A DNA stretch of 64,000 nt, from contig JBGOXS010000015.1 in the NCBI GenBank assembly GCA_041479245.1, forward strand, positions 7,446 to 71,445. Direction: 5' to 3'. The notes beneath the pieces were generated by a model. That model was given only the letters and a program-made list of their open reading frames with translations, had not been told where the DNA came from and searched no databases. The position numbers and the translations under genes are program-made. Positions 47,618-57,198 of the stretch are shown in pieces. Within the stretch, counting starts at the first letter, position 1; every line of letters begins with the position of its first letter. The DNA is from Anaerolineae bacterium. GTDB lineage: Bacteria; Chloroflexota; Anaerolineae; Anaerolineales; UBA4823.

Positions 47618-49408
47618 ATGTCAAACAACATTCTTATCGCCATCGCCTGGCCATACGCCAACAGCCAGATCCATGTGGGCAACATCACCGGGTCGCACCT
47701 GCCGGGAGATATTGTGGCGCGCTATCACCGCCTCAAAGGTGACCGGGTGTTGATGGTCTCTGGCACCGATTCACATGGCACCCCAGTCACATTGCGCGCA
47801 GATGCAGAGGGTAAGCCGGTGGAAGAGGTGTACCAATTTTTTCACAACCAATTCCTCGAGCTATTCCAAAAAGCAGGTATCAGCTATGACCTGTTCACCA
47901 CCACGCACACAGAAAATCACTTCAAAGTAGCCCAAGCCATGTTCCTGGCGCTGAACGAAAACAACTACCTTTATACCGAGTCGCGCTCTCAGTGGTACTC
48001 TCCGGCAGCCAAACGTTTCCTGCCCGACCGGTATGTGGAAGGCACGTGTTATATCTGCGGTTTCGAGGGAGCCCGGTCTGACCAGTGCGACAATTGTGGC
48101 AATGTGCTTGAGCCCGAGAAGCTGCTCAACCCGCACTCCAAGATTGATGGGTCTACGCCGGAGCTGCGTGAGACCAAGCATTATTTCCTCGATCTTACAA
48201 AGTTGGAGCCTGAGGTGGAGAAGTTCTTATGCGACCGCCAGAGTTACTGGCGCGAGACGGTGATAGGTCAATCGTTGGGGCAGATTGAAAGCGAGGGCCT
48301 ACGCCCACGCCCAATCACGCGCGACCTTGACTGGGGTATCCCGGTGCCTGTGGAGGGCTGGGAGGGCAAATGCCTGTACGTATGGTTTGAGGCGGTCATC
48401 GGTTATCTTTCCGCCACCATTGAGTGGGCACAAATCACGGGTCAGCCCGAAGCCTGGCGAGATTGGTGGACCGACGTATCCGCTAAAACGTTTTACTTCA
48501 TCGGGAAGGATAATATCTTTTTCCACCTTACCATGTGGCCGGCGCAGCTGAAAGGGGCGGGGAAGGAATTCGTGAAGATTTTCGCCGAGGAGGAAGGAAC
48601 CCCCCTCAACCTGCCCTATGACATACCCGCCAACCAGTTTATGAACCTGGAGGGGAAAAAGATCTCTGGTAGCCGGAACTGGGCTATTTGGGGATTGGAT
48701 TTCCTCTCACGCTATGACGCAGATGCGCTGCGATTCTATTTGACGATCAACATGCCGGAATACCACGATTCGGATTGGGATTGGGATGAGTTTATCGCCC
48801 GCAACAACAATGACCTGGTAGCAACCTGGGGCAACCTAGTTAATCGAGCGCTGCCATTTGCCTATAAGCATTGGGATGGGCAGGTTCCCAACCCGGGTGA
48901 TCTCCGTCAGATTGATAAGGATATCATCACAGCTGTAGATGCAGGGTTTCAAACGGTCGGTGAGCACCTGGAAGCTGTCCACCTGAGGGCAGCATTGAGT
49001 GAAGCCTTGCGCCTGGCGAAGGAAGGCAATAAATACCAGGAGGCGACTTCGCCTTGGCATGAGATCAAGACCGATAAGGCTGCCGCGGCGAAATCAATCT
49101 ATACCGCATTGCGAGTGATCGACTCGCTCAAGGTCTTATTCGCCCCGTTCATCCCCTTCAGCAGCGACCGTTTAAATACTTACCTGGGCTATACCCAACC
49201 GCTGTTTGGAGAGCCGTATATCGAAGCGCAGAGTGATATGCTGGGAACTCATAATACCTTGCGCTACCGCCCTCCACAAGCAGGAGGGCGTTGGGAGCCA
49301 TCCACCTTGCAGCCTGGTCAGCGCCTGGTGCAGCCGGCTGCCCTGTTCATAAAGCTGGAGCCAGTTTTAGCTGAGGAAGAACGAAAACGGTTGGGGAAGA
49401 CCGGTTAA
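47618..49408 (+). CDS. metG: Methionine--tRNA ligase
   Basis: AAGGAGGA RBS. AWPYANSQIHVGNITG (HIGH region), Zn knuckles CYICG/CDNCG, KISGSRNW (KMSKS region). Confidence 0.95.
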   Translation: MSNNILIAIAWPYANSQIHVGNITGSHLPGDIVARYHRLKGDRVLMVSGTDSHGTPVTLRADAEGKPVEEVYQFFHNQFLELFQKAGISYDLFTTTHTENHFKVAQAMFLALNENNYLYTESRSQWYSPAAKRFLPDRYVEGTCYICGFEGARSDQCDNCGNVLEPEKLLNPHSKIDGSTPELRETKHYFLDLTKLEPEVEKFLCDRQSYWRETVIGQSLGQIESEGLRPRPITRDLDWGIPVPVEGWEGKCLYVWFEAVIGYLSATIEWAQITGQPEAWRDWWTDVSAKTFYFIGKDNIFFHLTMWPAQLKGAGKEFVKIFAEEEGTPLNLPYDIPANQFMNLEGKKISGSRNWAIWGLDFLSRYDADALRFYLTINMPEYHDSDWDWDEFIARNNNDLVATWGNLVNRALPFAYKHWDGQVPNPGDLRQIDKDIITAVDAGFQTVGEHLEAVHLRAALSEALRLAKEGNKYQEATSPWHEIKTDKAAAAKSIYTALRVIDSLKVLFAPFIPFSSDRLNTYLGYTQPLFGEPYIEAQSDMLGTHNTLRYRPPQAGGRWEPSTLQPGQRLVQPAALFIKLEPVLAEEERKRLGKTG

Positions 49409-49480
49409 GACTAACCAGCTTTTTACCTCCACCCCATGGAATGGAAGGTATAATCGCTTTCTGTTGGGAGGCGACCTTCG

Positions 49481-50080
49481 ATGACCAGTCCTGTCAGAAC
49501 TGAGAAACTTAGCAAGACCTACGAGGTGCGCGCTCGCAAGGGTCTGTTTAAATCTGAGCATCGTTCGGTTGAGGCGCTGAACTCGATCACCCTGGAAGTT
49601 AACCAGGGCGAGGTCTTCGGGCTGCTCGGACCAAACGGTGCCGGCAAAACCACCCTGATCAAAATACTGACCACCTTGTTGCTGCCCACCAGCGGTAGTG
49701 CCTGGATCAATGGATTTAACGTCACCCAAGATGAGAATAAAGTGCGCGGCAGTGTGGGCTGCATGTTAATGGGTGAGCGTGGGCTATACTGGAAGCTGAC
49801 CGGCCGCGAAAACCTGGAATATTTTGGGGCGCTTTACCACCTCGACCCGGCACAGCGATATATGAGGCTGCCTCGTGTGCCCCGTTCACCCGAGCTTTCC
49901 AATTGGGGTCAGGCTTTGTCATCACCAGCACATCTTTATAACCCAGCGACATCAAGTGAACCGGGGTTTTCGTTCAATTTTCCAGGACAAAATAAGCACG
50001 CGGTTCGGAGGTCGGGTGAGAAGCCTGGATTTCCACCCCTGCAGGCATCTCCGCACTTCCAGGCGTTAGCCTCTCGATAA
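49481..50080 (+). pseudogene. Truncated ABC transporter ATPase (only the N-terminal ~125 aa are ABC-like)
   Basis: Walker A GPNGAGKTT and the Q-loop region are present up to ...LEYFGALYHLDPAQR (about 49860). The reading frame then runs into non-ABC sequence. There is no LSGGQ signature, no Walker B and no permease gene. Confidence 0.6.
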
Positions 50081-50209
50081 ACCATAATCCATTTTAGGTT
50101 CCGAAGCGATCGCTAGATACACGCTGAGAAGGCCTGTTCCCAGCATCAACAGGAACACACCGGTCAATCTGATCAGCGCCTGGAAATAAATTAATGAAGA
50201 TAACTGCTT

Positions 50210-51385
50210 CTACTCCACAATCTCCTCAATGTTGAAGCCTCGCCGCCTGAGCTCCCCCATAAAGGGAACTGCCGGCACAAAAGTTTCAACCCCACCGGCG
50301 CCACGTGGGGTCTGGCCGTGCGCCATCATCTCGGCGACAATGGCCGCATCCCAGCCGGTGGTGCGTTCCATGGCGGTAAAGCCGGTCTTCTCATCGAATC
50401 GGTCCACCAGCTCCACCAATGCCTGTGCGGGACGACCATTCTTCTTCCCTAACACCTTCACCCGCACCAGCACGATATCCTTGCCTTTCTCAGGGTCGTT
50501 GCGGAATGTTACTTTAGGTTCATATAAGGCATGGAATACATCCCTTGGGATCACCTCTCCCTGTTTCAGAGCAATGGATTTCAAATCCCACAACCCCAGG
50601 TCCCAGAAGGCCCGCAGCTGGTTGAGGTGCCCTGGGTAGCGTAGGGTGAGGTTTTGCAGCGTCCGCAGCTTGCCTTCAAACGTCCAGGGCATGGTGCTGG
50701 TGCCGCCGCCTGCCACAAAGGCTTCCAATGTGCCTGCCGAATCGGGGAATTCCACCGTCTCGAGCTCGGTCATGGGTTCAACCTGGGTGACCTTTCCGTT
50801 GCGCAGGAAGATAGCTGGTTCGGCATATTCATTGGTCAGCCCGGCAACGTGAAAAGTGAGTAAATAATTGAAGGGAGGCTGAGGATTTTGTGGCAGACCT
50901 CCATCCCACATATACACATCGCTGGCTTCATCCAGCAGACCCATGGCATAAACCGTTAAGGAGGTGCCCAAACCGGGCACCTGACCACAGTCAGGGATGA
51001 TGCTGATCCCTGCCTGCCGAGCCTGGTCATTAAATCCGTGCTGCTGTCGGGCAATATCCGTGTTGCCGCCCAGGTCGCACATGCTGGCTTTCACTTTGAT
51101 GGCTACGCGGGTGATATCCAGGTTGTAATAATAGGGGACCGCACTGACGAAGGCATGCACACCGGTAAGGGCGCGTTCGAGGGCCGCCATGTCGGTCACA
51201 TCGACCCGCATACCCTCGGCAATATTCTTCCCGATCAGATTATTCACGCGTTGAGCTGACCGTTCTGCGATAGCCAAATCCTGGTCGATCAGGATGACCT
51301 TTTTCGCTTCACCCCAGCGGGCCATATCATAGGCTGAAGCTGTTCCCTGCCTTCCGGCGCCTAAAACTGCATATATATATTCCAT
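50210..51385 (-). CDS. Saccharopine dehydrogenase family protein
   Basis: N-terminal Rossmann YAVLGAGRQG, 391 aa, typical SDH-family C-terminal domain. Confidence 0.8.
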   Translation of the reverse strand: MEYIYAVLGAGRQGTASAYDMARWGEAKKVILIDQDLAIAERSAQRVNNLIGKNIAEGMRVDVTDMAALERALTGVHAFVSAVPYYYNLDITRVAIKVKASMCDLGGNTDIARQQHGFNDQARQAGISIIPDCGQVPGLGTSLTVYAMGLLDEASDVYMWDGGLPQNPQPPFNYLLTFHVAGLTNEYAEPAIFLRNGKVTQVEPMTELETVEFPDSAGTLEAFVAGGGTSTMPWTFEGKLRTLQNLTLRYPGHLNQLRAFWDLGLWDLKSIALKQGEVIPRDVFHALYEPKVTFRNDPEKGKDIVLVRVKVLGKKNGRPAQALVELVDRFDEKTGFTAMERTTGWDAAIVAEMMAHGQTPRGAGGVETFVPAVPFMGELRRRGFNIEEIVE

Positions 51386-51498
51386 GTCTATCCTCCTGAT
51401 AATTGTGTGCTCGATTATAAGGCAAATTAACCCTCCCTGTGGCTAGCTCCTATGGTAAACTCCCTGATTGCTTGACATTAACACCTCGTTAAATCAAC

Positions 51499-53949
51499 AT
51501 GGATGCTAAAACTTTACACACCCTGGAGTACCAGAAGGTACTCGAACGCCTGGCGGGCTACTGCGCCTTCGCCGCTTCGACTGAAAAAGCGCTTAAACTG
51601 CACCCGACGAATAACATCGATGATGCCCATCTCCGGCTGGCTGAGACAAGCGAAGCTGTGCAGATGCTGGTTACCCGCCCTGACTTGACTATCGGCGGGG
51701 CACGCGATGTGCGCCAGATGGTAGACCTGGCTGCGCATGGAGGCGTGCTGGCTCCGACAGACCTGTTGGATATAAAATCCACCCTGGTTGCAGCCCGCAC
51801 CCTGGTGCGCACATTCGAGCGCCTGGGTGAACGTTTCCCGACTCTTTACGGGATCGTCTCACAAATTCCCGCTCCAATGGGTCTGGTGGATGGGATCACG
51901 CGTGCCATTTCGGAGCGCGGTGAAATATTAGACAGCGCATCGGATGCACTTTCAGTCATCCGGCGCAATCTGCGCATCGCCCACGACCGGCTGATGACCA
52001 AGCTGCAGAAGATGGTGTCTGACCCACATACCGCTCCTTACCTGCAGGAAGCGCTGATCACCCAGCGCGACGGGCGCTATGTTCTACCATTACGGGCAGA
52101 ATTCAAAGGGCGCATCCGGGCGGTGGTGCATGACCAATCGGCGTCAGGGGCGACGCTATTCGTTGAGCCACTGAGTGTGGTGGAGCACAACAATGAGTTT
52201 CGTGAGCTCCAGCTGGCTGAACGGGATGAGGAACGGCGCATCCTGACCGAGCTTTCCCAGCAAGTGGGGATGCAGGCCGGGAATATCCTCAATACGGTCG
52301 AAAGGGTGGCTGACCTTGATCTGTGCTTTGCCAAGGCTAAATATTCCGATGCCACTGCGGGCACCGAACCGGGCTTGCTCCCGATCGGGAAAACAACCGG
52401 ACGGCACCCAGGCACCATCATCCGGCTATTCCAGGCCCGCCACCCATTACTCGACCCGGCGACGGTCGTTCCGATCGACGTCGAGCTGGATGCCCAGACC
52501 TACGCCATGGTGGTCACCGGACCCAATACCGGCGGCAAGACCGTCACACTCAAAACGATTGGGTTGCTGGCGCTGATGGCGCAGTCTGGATTGCACATCC
52601 CGGCGCATTCTGGCTCTGAGATCAGCCTTTTCCACAACATCTACGCCGATATCGGCGACGAGCAGTCGATCGAACAGTCTCTGTCCACATTCTCGGGGCA
52701 CATCACCAACATTATCCGCATCCTCGAGCACGCTGACCAGCGGTCGCTTGTCATCCTGGACGAATTGGGCGCCGGCACCGACCCGCAAGAGGGTGCGGCC
52801 CTGGCACGCGCCCTGCTCACACACCTGCTCGAGCGCGGTATCACCACCTTGGTGACTACACATCATCCCGAGCTGAAAGCTTTTGCTCATTCCACCCCGG
52901 GTGTGGTCAATGCCAGTGTTGAATTTGACCTGGAGACGCTCCGCCCCACCTTCCATCTGACGATCGGTCTGCCCGGCCGGTCGAATGCCCTGGCAATTGC
53001 CCAGCGCCTGGGCATGCCCGACCCGATCATTACGACTGCCCGCTCAGAGATAAGCCCGGAAGACCTGCGGGCTGAAGATTTGCTCGATGAAATCCACCGC
53101 CAACGTGACTTGTCACGCAAGGCACGCGCCGCGGCTGAAAGCGCCCGCCACGAGGCTGAAACCATGCGGGCTGAGCTGGCCAGCCGCCTGGAGAAGATTG
53201 AGGACGAGCGCATGCAAGTGTTGGATAAGGCTCATCGTCAGGCAGAAGAACAGCTTGAAGAGCTGCAGGACGAACTGCGCGATGTGCGGCGCCAGTTGGC
53301 GCGCACCAGGCAGCCGTTGGAGGTCATTGAAGAAGTTGAGCAGCAGGTGGAAGAGCTGCAGGATACCATCGCAGCTCCTATTGAACGCCGGACGCCTGAA
53401 ACCAGCATCGCTCCGGTGAGGCGAGCCATTCGATTGGGGGATAAAGTGCGCTTGCACTCGTTGAACACCCAGGGCGTGGTCACCTCGTTGAGTGAAGAGG
53501 AAGCGGAAGTCTCGGTGGGAGTGCTGCGGATACGCGCCAGGCTGGCAGAGCTACAGCTGATGGGTGAAGAACCAGCTGTACAATCCAGCCTTGCCGGTCT
53601 GCCGACCGCACGTGAACTGATGGCAGGCAACCATCCTCGCCCTCTGGCTGAAATATCTACAGGGACCGTTCGACAATCTGGCTCACAACTGTATGCTGAG
53701 TCTCCAGGGATCGAGCTCGACCTGCGCGGCCAGCGCAGTGAAGAAGCCCTGGAAGCCCTCGACCGGTATCTCGACTCAGCCTATCTGTCGGGGCTGCCAT
53801 GGGTGCGAATCATCCACGGCAAGGGCACCGGAAAATTACGCCTGGCCGTCCGGGAGGCCTTAAGCCATAACCCACATGTGAAATCCTTCGAGTCTGGTGG
53901 GGATAAAGAAGGCGGTGAAGGGGTCACAGTCGCTAAGCTGGCGCAATAA
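51499..53949 (+). CDS. mutS2: Endonuclease MutS2
   Basis: Walker A GPNTGGKT, DELGAGTDP, coiled-coil region, C-terminal Smr domain (ELDLRGQRSEEAL...IIHGKGTGKLR). Confidence 0.95.
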   Translation: MDAKTLHTLEYQKVLERLAGYCAFAASTEKALKLHPTNNIDDAHLRLAETSEAVQMLVTRPDLTIGGARDVRQMVDLAAHGGVLAPTDLLDIKSTLVAARTLVRTFERLGERFPTLYGIVSQIPAPMGLVDGITRAISERGEILDSASDALSVIRRNLRIAHDRLMTKLQKMVSDPHTAPYLQEALITQRDGRYVLPLRAEFKGRIRAVVHDQSASGATLFVEPLSVVEHNNEFRELQLAERDEERRILTELSQQVGMQAGNILNTVERVADLDLCFAKAKYSDATAGTEPGLLPIGKTTGRHPGTIIRLFQARHPLLDPATVVPIDVELDAQTYAMVVTGPNTGGKTVTLKTIGLLALMAQSGLHIPAHSGSEISLFHNIYADIGDEQSIEQSLSTFSGHITNIIRILEHADQRSLVILDELGAGTDPQEGAALARALLTHLLERGITTLVTTHHPELKAFAHSTPGVVNASVEFDLETLRPTFHLTIGLPGRSNALAIAQRLGMPDPIITTARSEISPEDLRAEDLLDEIHRQRDLSRKARAAAESARHEAETMRAELASRLEKIEDERMQVLDKAHRQAEEQLEELQDELRDVRRQLARTRQPLEVIEEVEQQVEELQDTIAAPIERRTPETSIAPVRRAIRLGDKVRLHSLNTQGVVTSLSEEEAEVSVGVLRIRARLAELQLMGEEPAVQSSLAGLPTARELMAGNHPRPLAEISTGTVRQSGSQLYAESPGIELDLRGQRSEEALEALDRYLDSAYLSGLPWVRIIHGKGTGKLRLAVREALSHNPHVKSFESGGDKEGGEGVTVAKLAQ

Positions 53950-55245
53950 ATGTTCACCAGTGTGCGCCTGCCCGCCACCTTCCGTGCCTTCCGGCACCGC
54001 AATTATTCGCTGTGGTTTGTGGGCCAGGGAATTTCCCTGATTGGCACGTGGATGCAAACCATGGCCCAGCAGGTGCTCGTCTACCGCCTGACTGGCTCAG
54101 CTACCTCATTGGGTATTATCAGTTTTATCGGGCTAGTGCCTCTTATCCCTCTTTCCCTGTGGAGTGGTTCGATCACTGATCGTTTTCCCAAGCGCACCAT
54201 TATTCTGATCACCCAATCGATCATGCTCATCCAGGCATTCTTGCTGGCAGCGTTGGTCTGGAGCGGAACGGTTCAAATCTGGCATGTGTACATCATGGCA
54301 TTCATCCTAGGAGCCGCTATTGCGGTGGACTTGCCTGCCAGGCAAGCCTTCACCGTGGATATGGTTGAGGGCAAGGATGATCTGACCAGTGCGATCGGCA
54401 TGAACTCAGCCATGTTCAACTCGGCACGTGCCATCGGACCCGCCCTCGCGGGGGTGCTGGTGGCAACGACCGGTGAGGGCAATGCTTTCTTCATCAACGG
54501 CTTGTCTTTTATCGCCGTCATCATCAGTCTGCTCATGATGCGTGGTTTACCGAAGCCCATACCCCATGCTGAATATGAGAGCCCAATCAAACACATGACC
54601 GGAGGCGTGCGCTTTATTCTCCAACGCCAGACCATCCTGATCTTGATCAGCCTGATCGCAGTGAGTGCGTTCCTCTCTATGCCATATAACACACTGCTGC
54701 CAGTCTTTGCGGGTGACGTCCTAAAGCTGAGCGCACGACCAACGGTGGTCTCCTTCTGCAGCTCGATCAGCTTCACCTCAGGTTGCCAGGCTCCCGAGGC
54801 CCTTCCGCTTGGAATGCTGTATTCTATGCTGGGAATCGGGGCGGTGATCGGGGCGTTAGTAGTTGCCTCGCTTCCCACAAATGCCAGGCGAGGTAAATTG
54901 CTCACCTTGGGGAACCTTGCATTCCCTCTTTTTTTGTTGATGTTCGCATTTTCAACCCAATTCGCAATTTCATTATTCTTGATGTCGTTTATCGGTTTCA
55001 GTTTCGTCTGGCAGAACGCACTCGCAAACACCTTGCTCCAGTTTGTCACCCCTGATGAGTTACGCGGCCGGGTGATGGGCGTTTATACCATGACCTTCCA
55101 GACCATGTTCAGATTGGGCGGTCTGCAAGCAGGGTTCGTTGCCGATTGGATCGGGGCTCCCCTTTCCGTTGGGATCGGTGCCGCCCTGTCCTTAGTTTAT
55201 GGAATTTTTGTAGCTGTTCGCTATCCCAAGGTCAGGCAGCTGTAA
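53950..55245 (+). CDS. MFS transporter (same subgroup as 1600-2841)
   Basis: FRHRNYSLWFVGQGISLIGTWMQ signature. The ATG directly abuts the mutS2 stop. Confidence 0.85.
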   Translation: MFTSVRLPATFRAFRHRNYSLWFVGQGISLIGTWMQTMAQQVLVYRLTGSATSLGIISFIGLVPLIPLSLWSGSITDRFPKRTIILITQSIMLIQAFLLAALVWSGTVQIWHVYIMAFILGAAIAVDLPARQAFTVDMVEGKDDLTSAIGMNSAMFNSARAIGPALAGVLVATTGEGNAFFINGLSFIAVIISLLMMRGLPKPIPHAEYESPIKHMTGGVRFILQRQTILILISLIAVSAFLSMPYNTLLPVFAGDVLKLSARPTVVSFCSSISFTSGCQAPEALPLGMLYSMLGIGAVIGALVVASLPTNARRGKLLTLGNLAFPLFLLMFAFSTQFAISLFLMSFIGFSFVWQNALANTLLQFVTPDELRGRVMGVYTMTFQTMFRLGGLQAGFVADWIGAPLSVGIGAALSLVYGIFVAVRYPKVRQL

Positions 55246-55429
55246 TTTTTTTGACGGTGATTGGTACACCATCCCTACTCGAAACACCAAGAGTGGCATT
55301 CCCAATCAAAAAACCACAAAATATGTGAGTTGACCACATCTCTTTTTGGAATTATAGATACACAGCCATTCTTGGAAGCGAAGGTGCTGATGATTTTAAC
55401 CCCTATAAGTATATTATTTAATAGTAGTC

Positions 55430-55840
55430 GTAGTAGAGCCTGTGGATATGTGTATAAGCTGATCCAGGATAACCTGACCCGCCATAGATGGGTGAGTGCT
55501 ATACGATATAAGCTGTATATAGGGGTTTTTGTGTATAAATTTATCCCCAGGCATGCGCTTGTATTAAGTGGATAAACCACCGTATTTTCCTTTCCCACAT
55601 ATCACCACCTATGAATTGGGTATGGCCAATATTTGCATCCCATATATAGGACTATAAGGATATAAAATATTTTGAGATTTGAGGAGTTATCCACAATTAT
55701 GCGGAGTTATCCACAATATTTATTGAGTTATCCACAGTTTTGTGAAGATAAAAAGTAAGATAATCTACTGGTGGATTGAATTACCCCGCTAAACTTTTGT
55801 TGGAATAAACGATCCATCTTCTAGGGAAAGTGGATTGAAA
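55430..55840. other. oriC-like DnaA-box cluster in an AT-rich ~870-bp non-coding gap
   Basis: Three perfect TTATCCACA boxes sit beside an AT-rich stretch (55641-55680). Three 1-mismatch boxes are also present: TGTGGATAT 55441-55449, TTATCCCCA 55541-55549 and AGTGGATAA 55567-55575. Confidence 0.6.
55687..55736 (+). repeat. Three perfect, same-orientation DnaA boxes (GAGTTATCCACA) at 20-21 bp spacing
   Basis: TTATCCACA at 55687-55695, 55707-55715 and 55728-55736, each preceded by GAG. Confidence 0.85.
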
Positions 55841-55955
55841 AGCCCTTAAAACCATGGGTCAATGCGTTCCCAATGCCACGAATAGCACTGCATCCTGATA
55901 AGGAAAATACGAGCACTGCCATCACACACGCACGATACCACAATTTTTTCAACAT
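55821..55955 (-). CDS. Entericidin-like small lipoprotein (44 aa)
   Basis: GGAGGAGAT RBS. MLKKLWYRACVMAVLVFSLSGC lipobox followed by SAIRGIGNALTHGFKGF, resembling the EcnA/B family. The ORF-track start at 56024 is unlikely. Confidence 0.55.
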   Translation of the reverse strand: MLKKLWYRACVMAVLVFSLSGCSAIRGIGNALTHGFKGFSIHFP

Positions 55956-56124
55956 ATCTCCTCCTTGAGGGTGGAGCCTACAATTCATCTTCGAACGTTT
56001 ATCCAAAGGGTAGGGAGTTGACAAACATAACCTGTTAGATTATTATCTAATTAGATGTATATCTAATACAGATATTTCCCGGCAGCCAAAAAAGTATCTC
56101 CTACACATAATATCATTAAATCAG

Positions 56125-57195
56125 ATGACCTCATACCAAAAACCACTCGTCCGTTGGAGCCTGGGCACAGCCTATGACCTGTTTGCCAGCCTGCACGTCC
56201 TGCACCACCCTGAACGATTCGGGCTGCGCCTCTCATGGGCAGCCGGAGTACGTTCGCGGCTGACACCATCCCAGCGCAGCGTATTGGAAGGATCTCAATG
56301 TTTATTCTTCAGTAGTCCTATTGCCTGGGTTTCGAGTTTGCCTGAGCCTCGGGATGCAGACACAGTCCTCAAAGCATTGGGGCAGATCGAACCCGCTGAT
56401 CGTTTGACCAAATTAGCTTATCATGCCGACGTTTTTCCCGAATTGTTGGAAATGCTTAGGGACGTAAAAACCAGGGGCTCCTGGAATCAAAATAATCTCG
56501 ACCAGCTGCAGAGAGATTATCCATTAAAAGAAAGCCCCCCTTCACCGGAGGAATTAGTCACCGCGTTGAACTGGTGGTCGCGTGCGGAGGAATTCGGCGA
56601 GCGCTATCTGGAGGCACTGCAGGCGTACGTTTCGGTTTTCTTCGCCGAGGAAGAACGCCGCATCAGACCATACCTCCAGCAAGCGCTGGATCGAGCCCAA
56701 CAGCTGGCAGCGTTGCTTGACTTTCCTCATCTGATATTGGAGTTATCGCAGGGCGTGAAGGTCGCCGCCTTTGAAGAAGCTGACGAAGTGATATTTGCTC
56801 CCTCGTACTGGTCCACACCATTGGTGATGTATGATAGTGTTGTTCTAAAACACTGGGTGGTGCTCTTCGGCGCCCGCCCGGCTGAGGTTGCATTGGTGCC
56901 GGGAGAGGTGATACCTGATGCCATGCTCAGAGCACTTAAGGCGCTCTCCGATCCCACCCGACTGCTCATCCTGCGTTATCTAAGCGATCAGCCTCTCACC
57001 CCTTCACAGCTGGCTAAGAAACTGCGCTTGAGAGCTCCAACCGTCACCCACCACCTGAGCGCGCTGCGCCTGGCGGGTCTGGTCTACGTCTCACTCGACG
57101 AAACAGAGGAGAAGCGCTACACCGTCAGGGAGGCGGTGGTCGCCGACACATTTGAATCCATTTACAAATTTTTAGCCATCAAGAGCGAGGGTTGA
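56125..57195 (+). CDS. ArsR-type winged-HTH regulator with a large N-terminal domain of unknown function
   Basis: C-terminal LKALSDPTRLLILRYLSDQPLTPSQLAKKLRLRAPTVTHHLSALRLAGLV is a canonical ArsR HTH. Confidence 0.8.
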   Translation: MTSYQKPLVRWSLGTAYDLFASLHVLHHPERFGLRLSWAAGVRSRLTPSQRSVLEGSQCLFFSSPIAWVSSLPEPRDADTVLKALGQIEPADRLTKLAYHADVFPELLEMLRDVKTRGSWNQNNLDQLQRDYPLKESPPSPEELVTALNWWSRAEEFGERYLEALQAYVSVFFAEEERRIRPYLQQALDRAQQLAALLDFPHLILELSQGVKVAAFEEADEVIFAPSYWSTPLVMYDSVVLKHWVVLFGARPAEVALVPGEVIPDAMLRALKALSDPTRLLILRYLSDQPLTPSQLAKKLRLRAPTVTHHLSALRLAGLVYVSLDETEEKRYTVREAVVADTFESIYKFLAIKSEG

Positions 57196-57198
57196 ACC

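Noticed and set aside
49722-49955. 77-aa minus-strand ORF in the junk region after the truncated ABC gene.
   Set aside because: Only the first ~30 residues look protein-like. The rest is antisense to the ABC fragment. It is regarded as part of the deletion scar, not a gene.
55261-55598. Two overlapping ~105-aa ORFs on opposite strands (55261-55575 + and 55275-55598 -).
   Set aside because: They are mutually antisense in AT-rich DNA, have no RBS and contain DnaA-box-like repeats. They are treated as non-coding origin-like sequence.
55681-55740. Regularly spaced 12-mer repeats (GAGTTATCCACA x3) as a possible mini-CRISPR or iteron array.
   Set aside because: The repeat unit is too short and the spacers (8-9 nt) far too small for CRISPR. 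The core is the exact DnaA-box consensus, so the DnaA-binding interpretation is preferred. No CRISPR array is present anywhere in the window.
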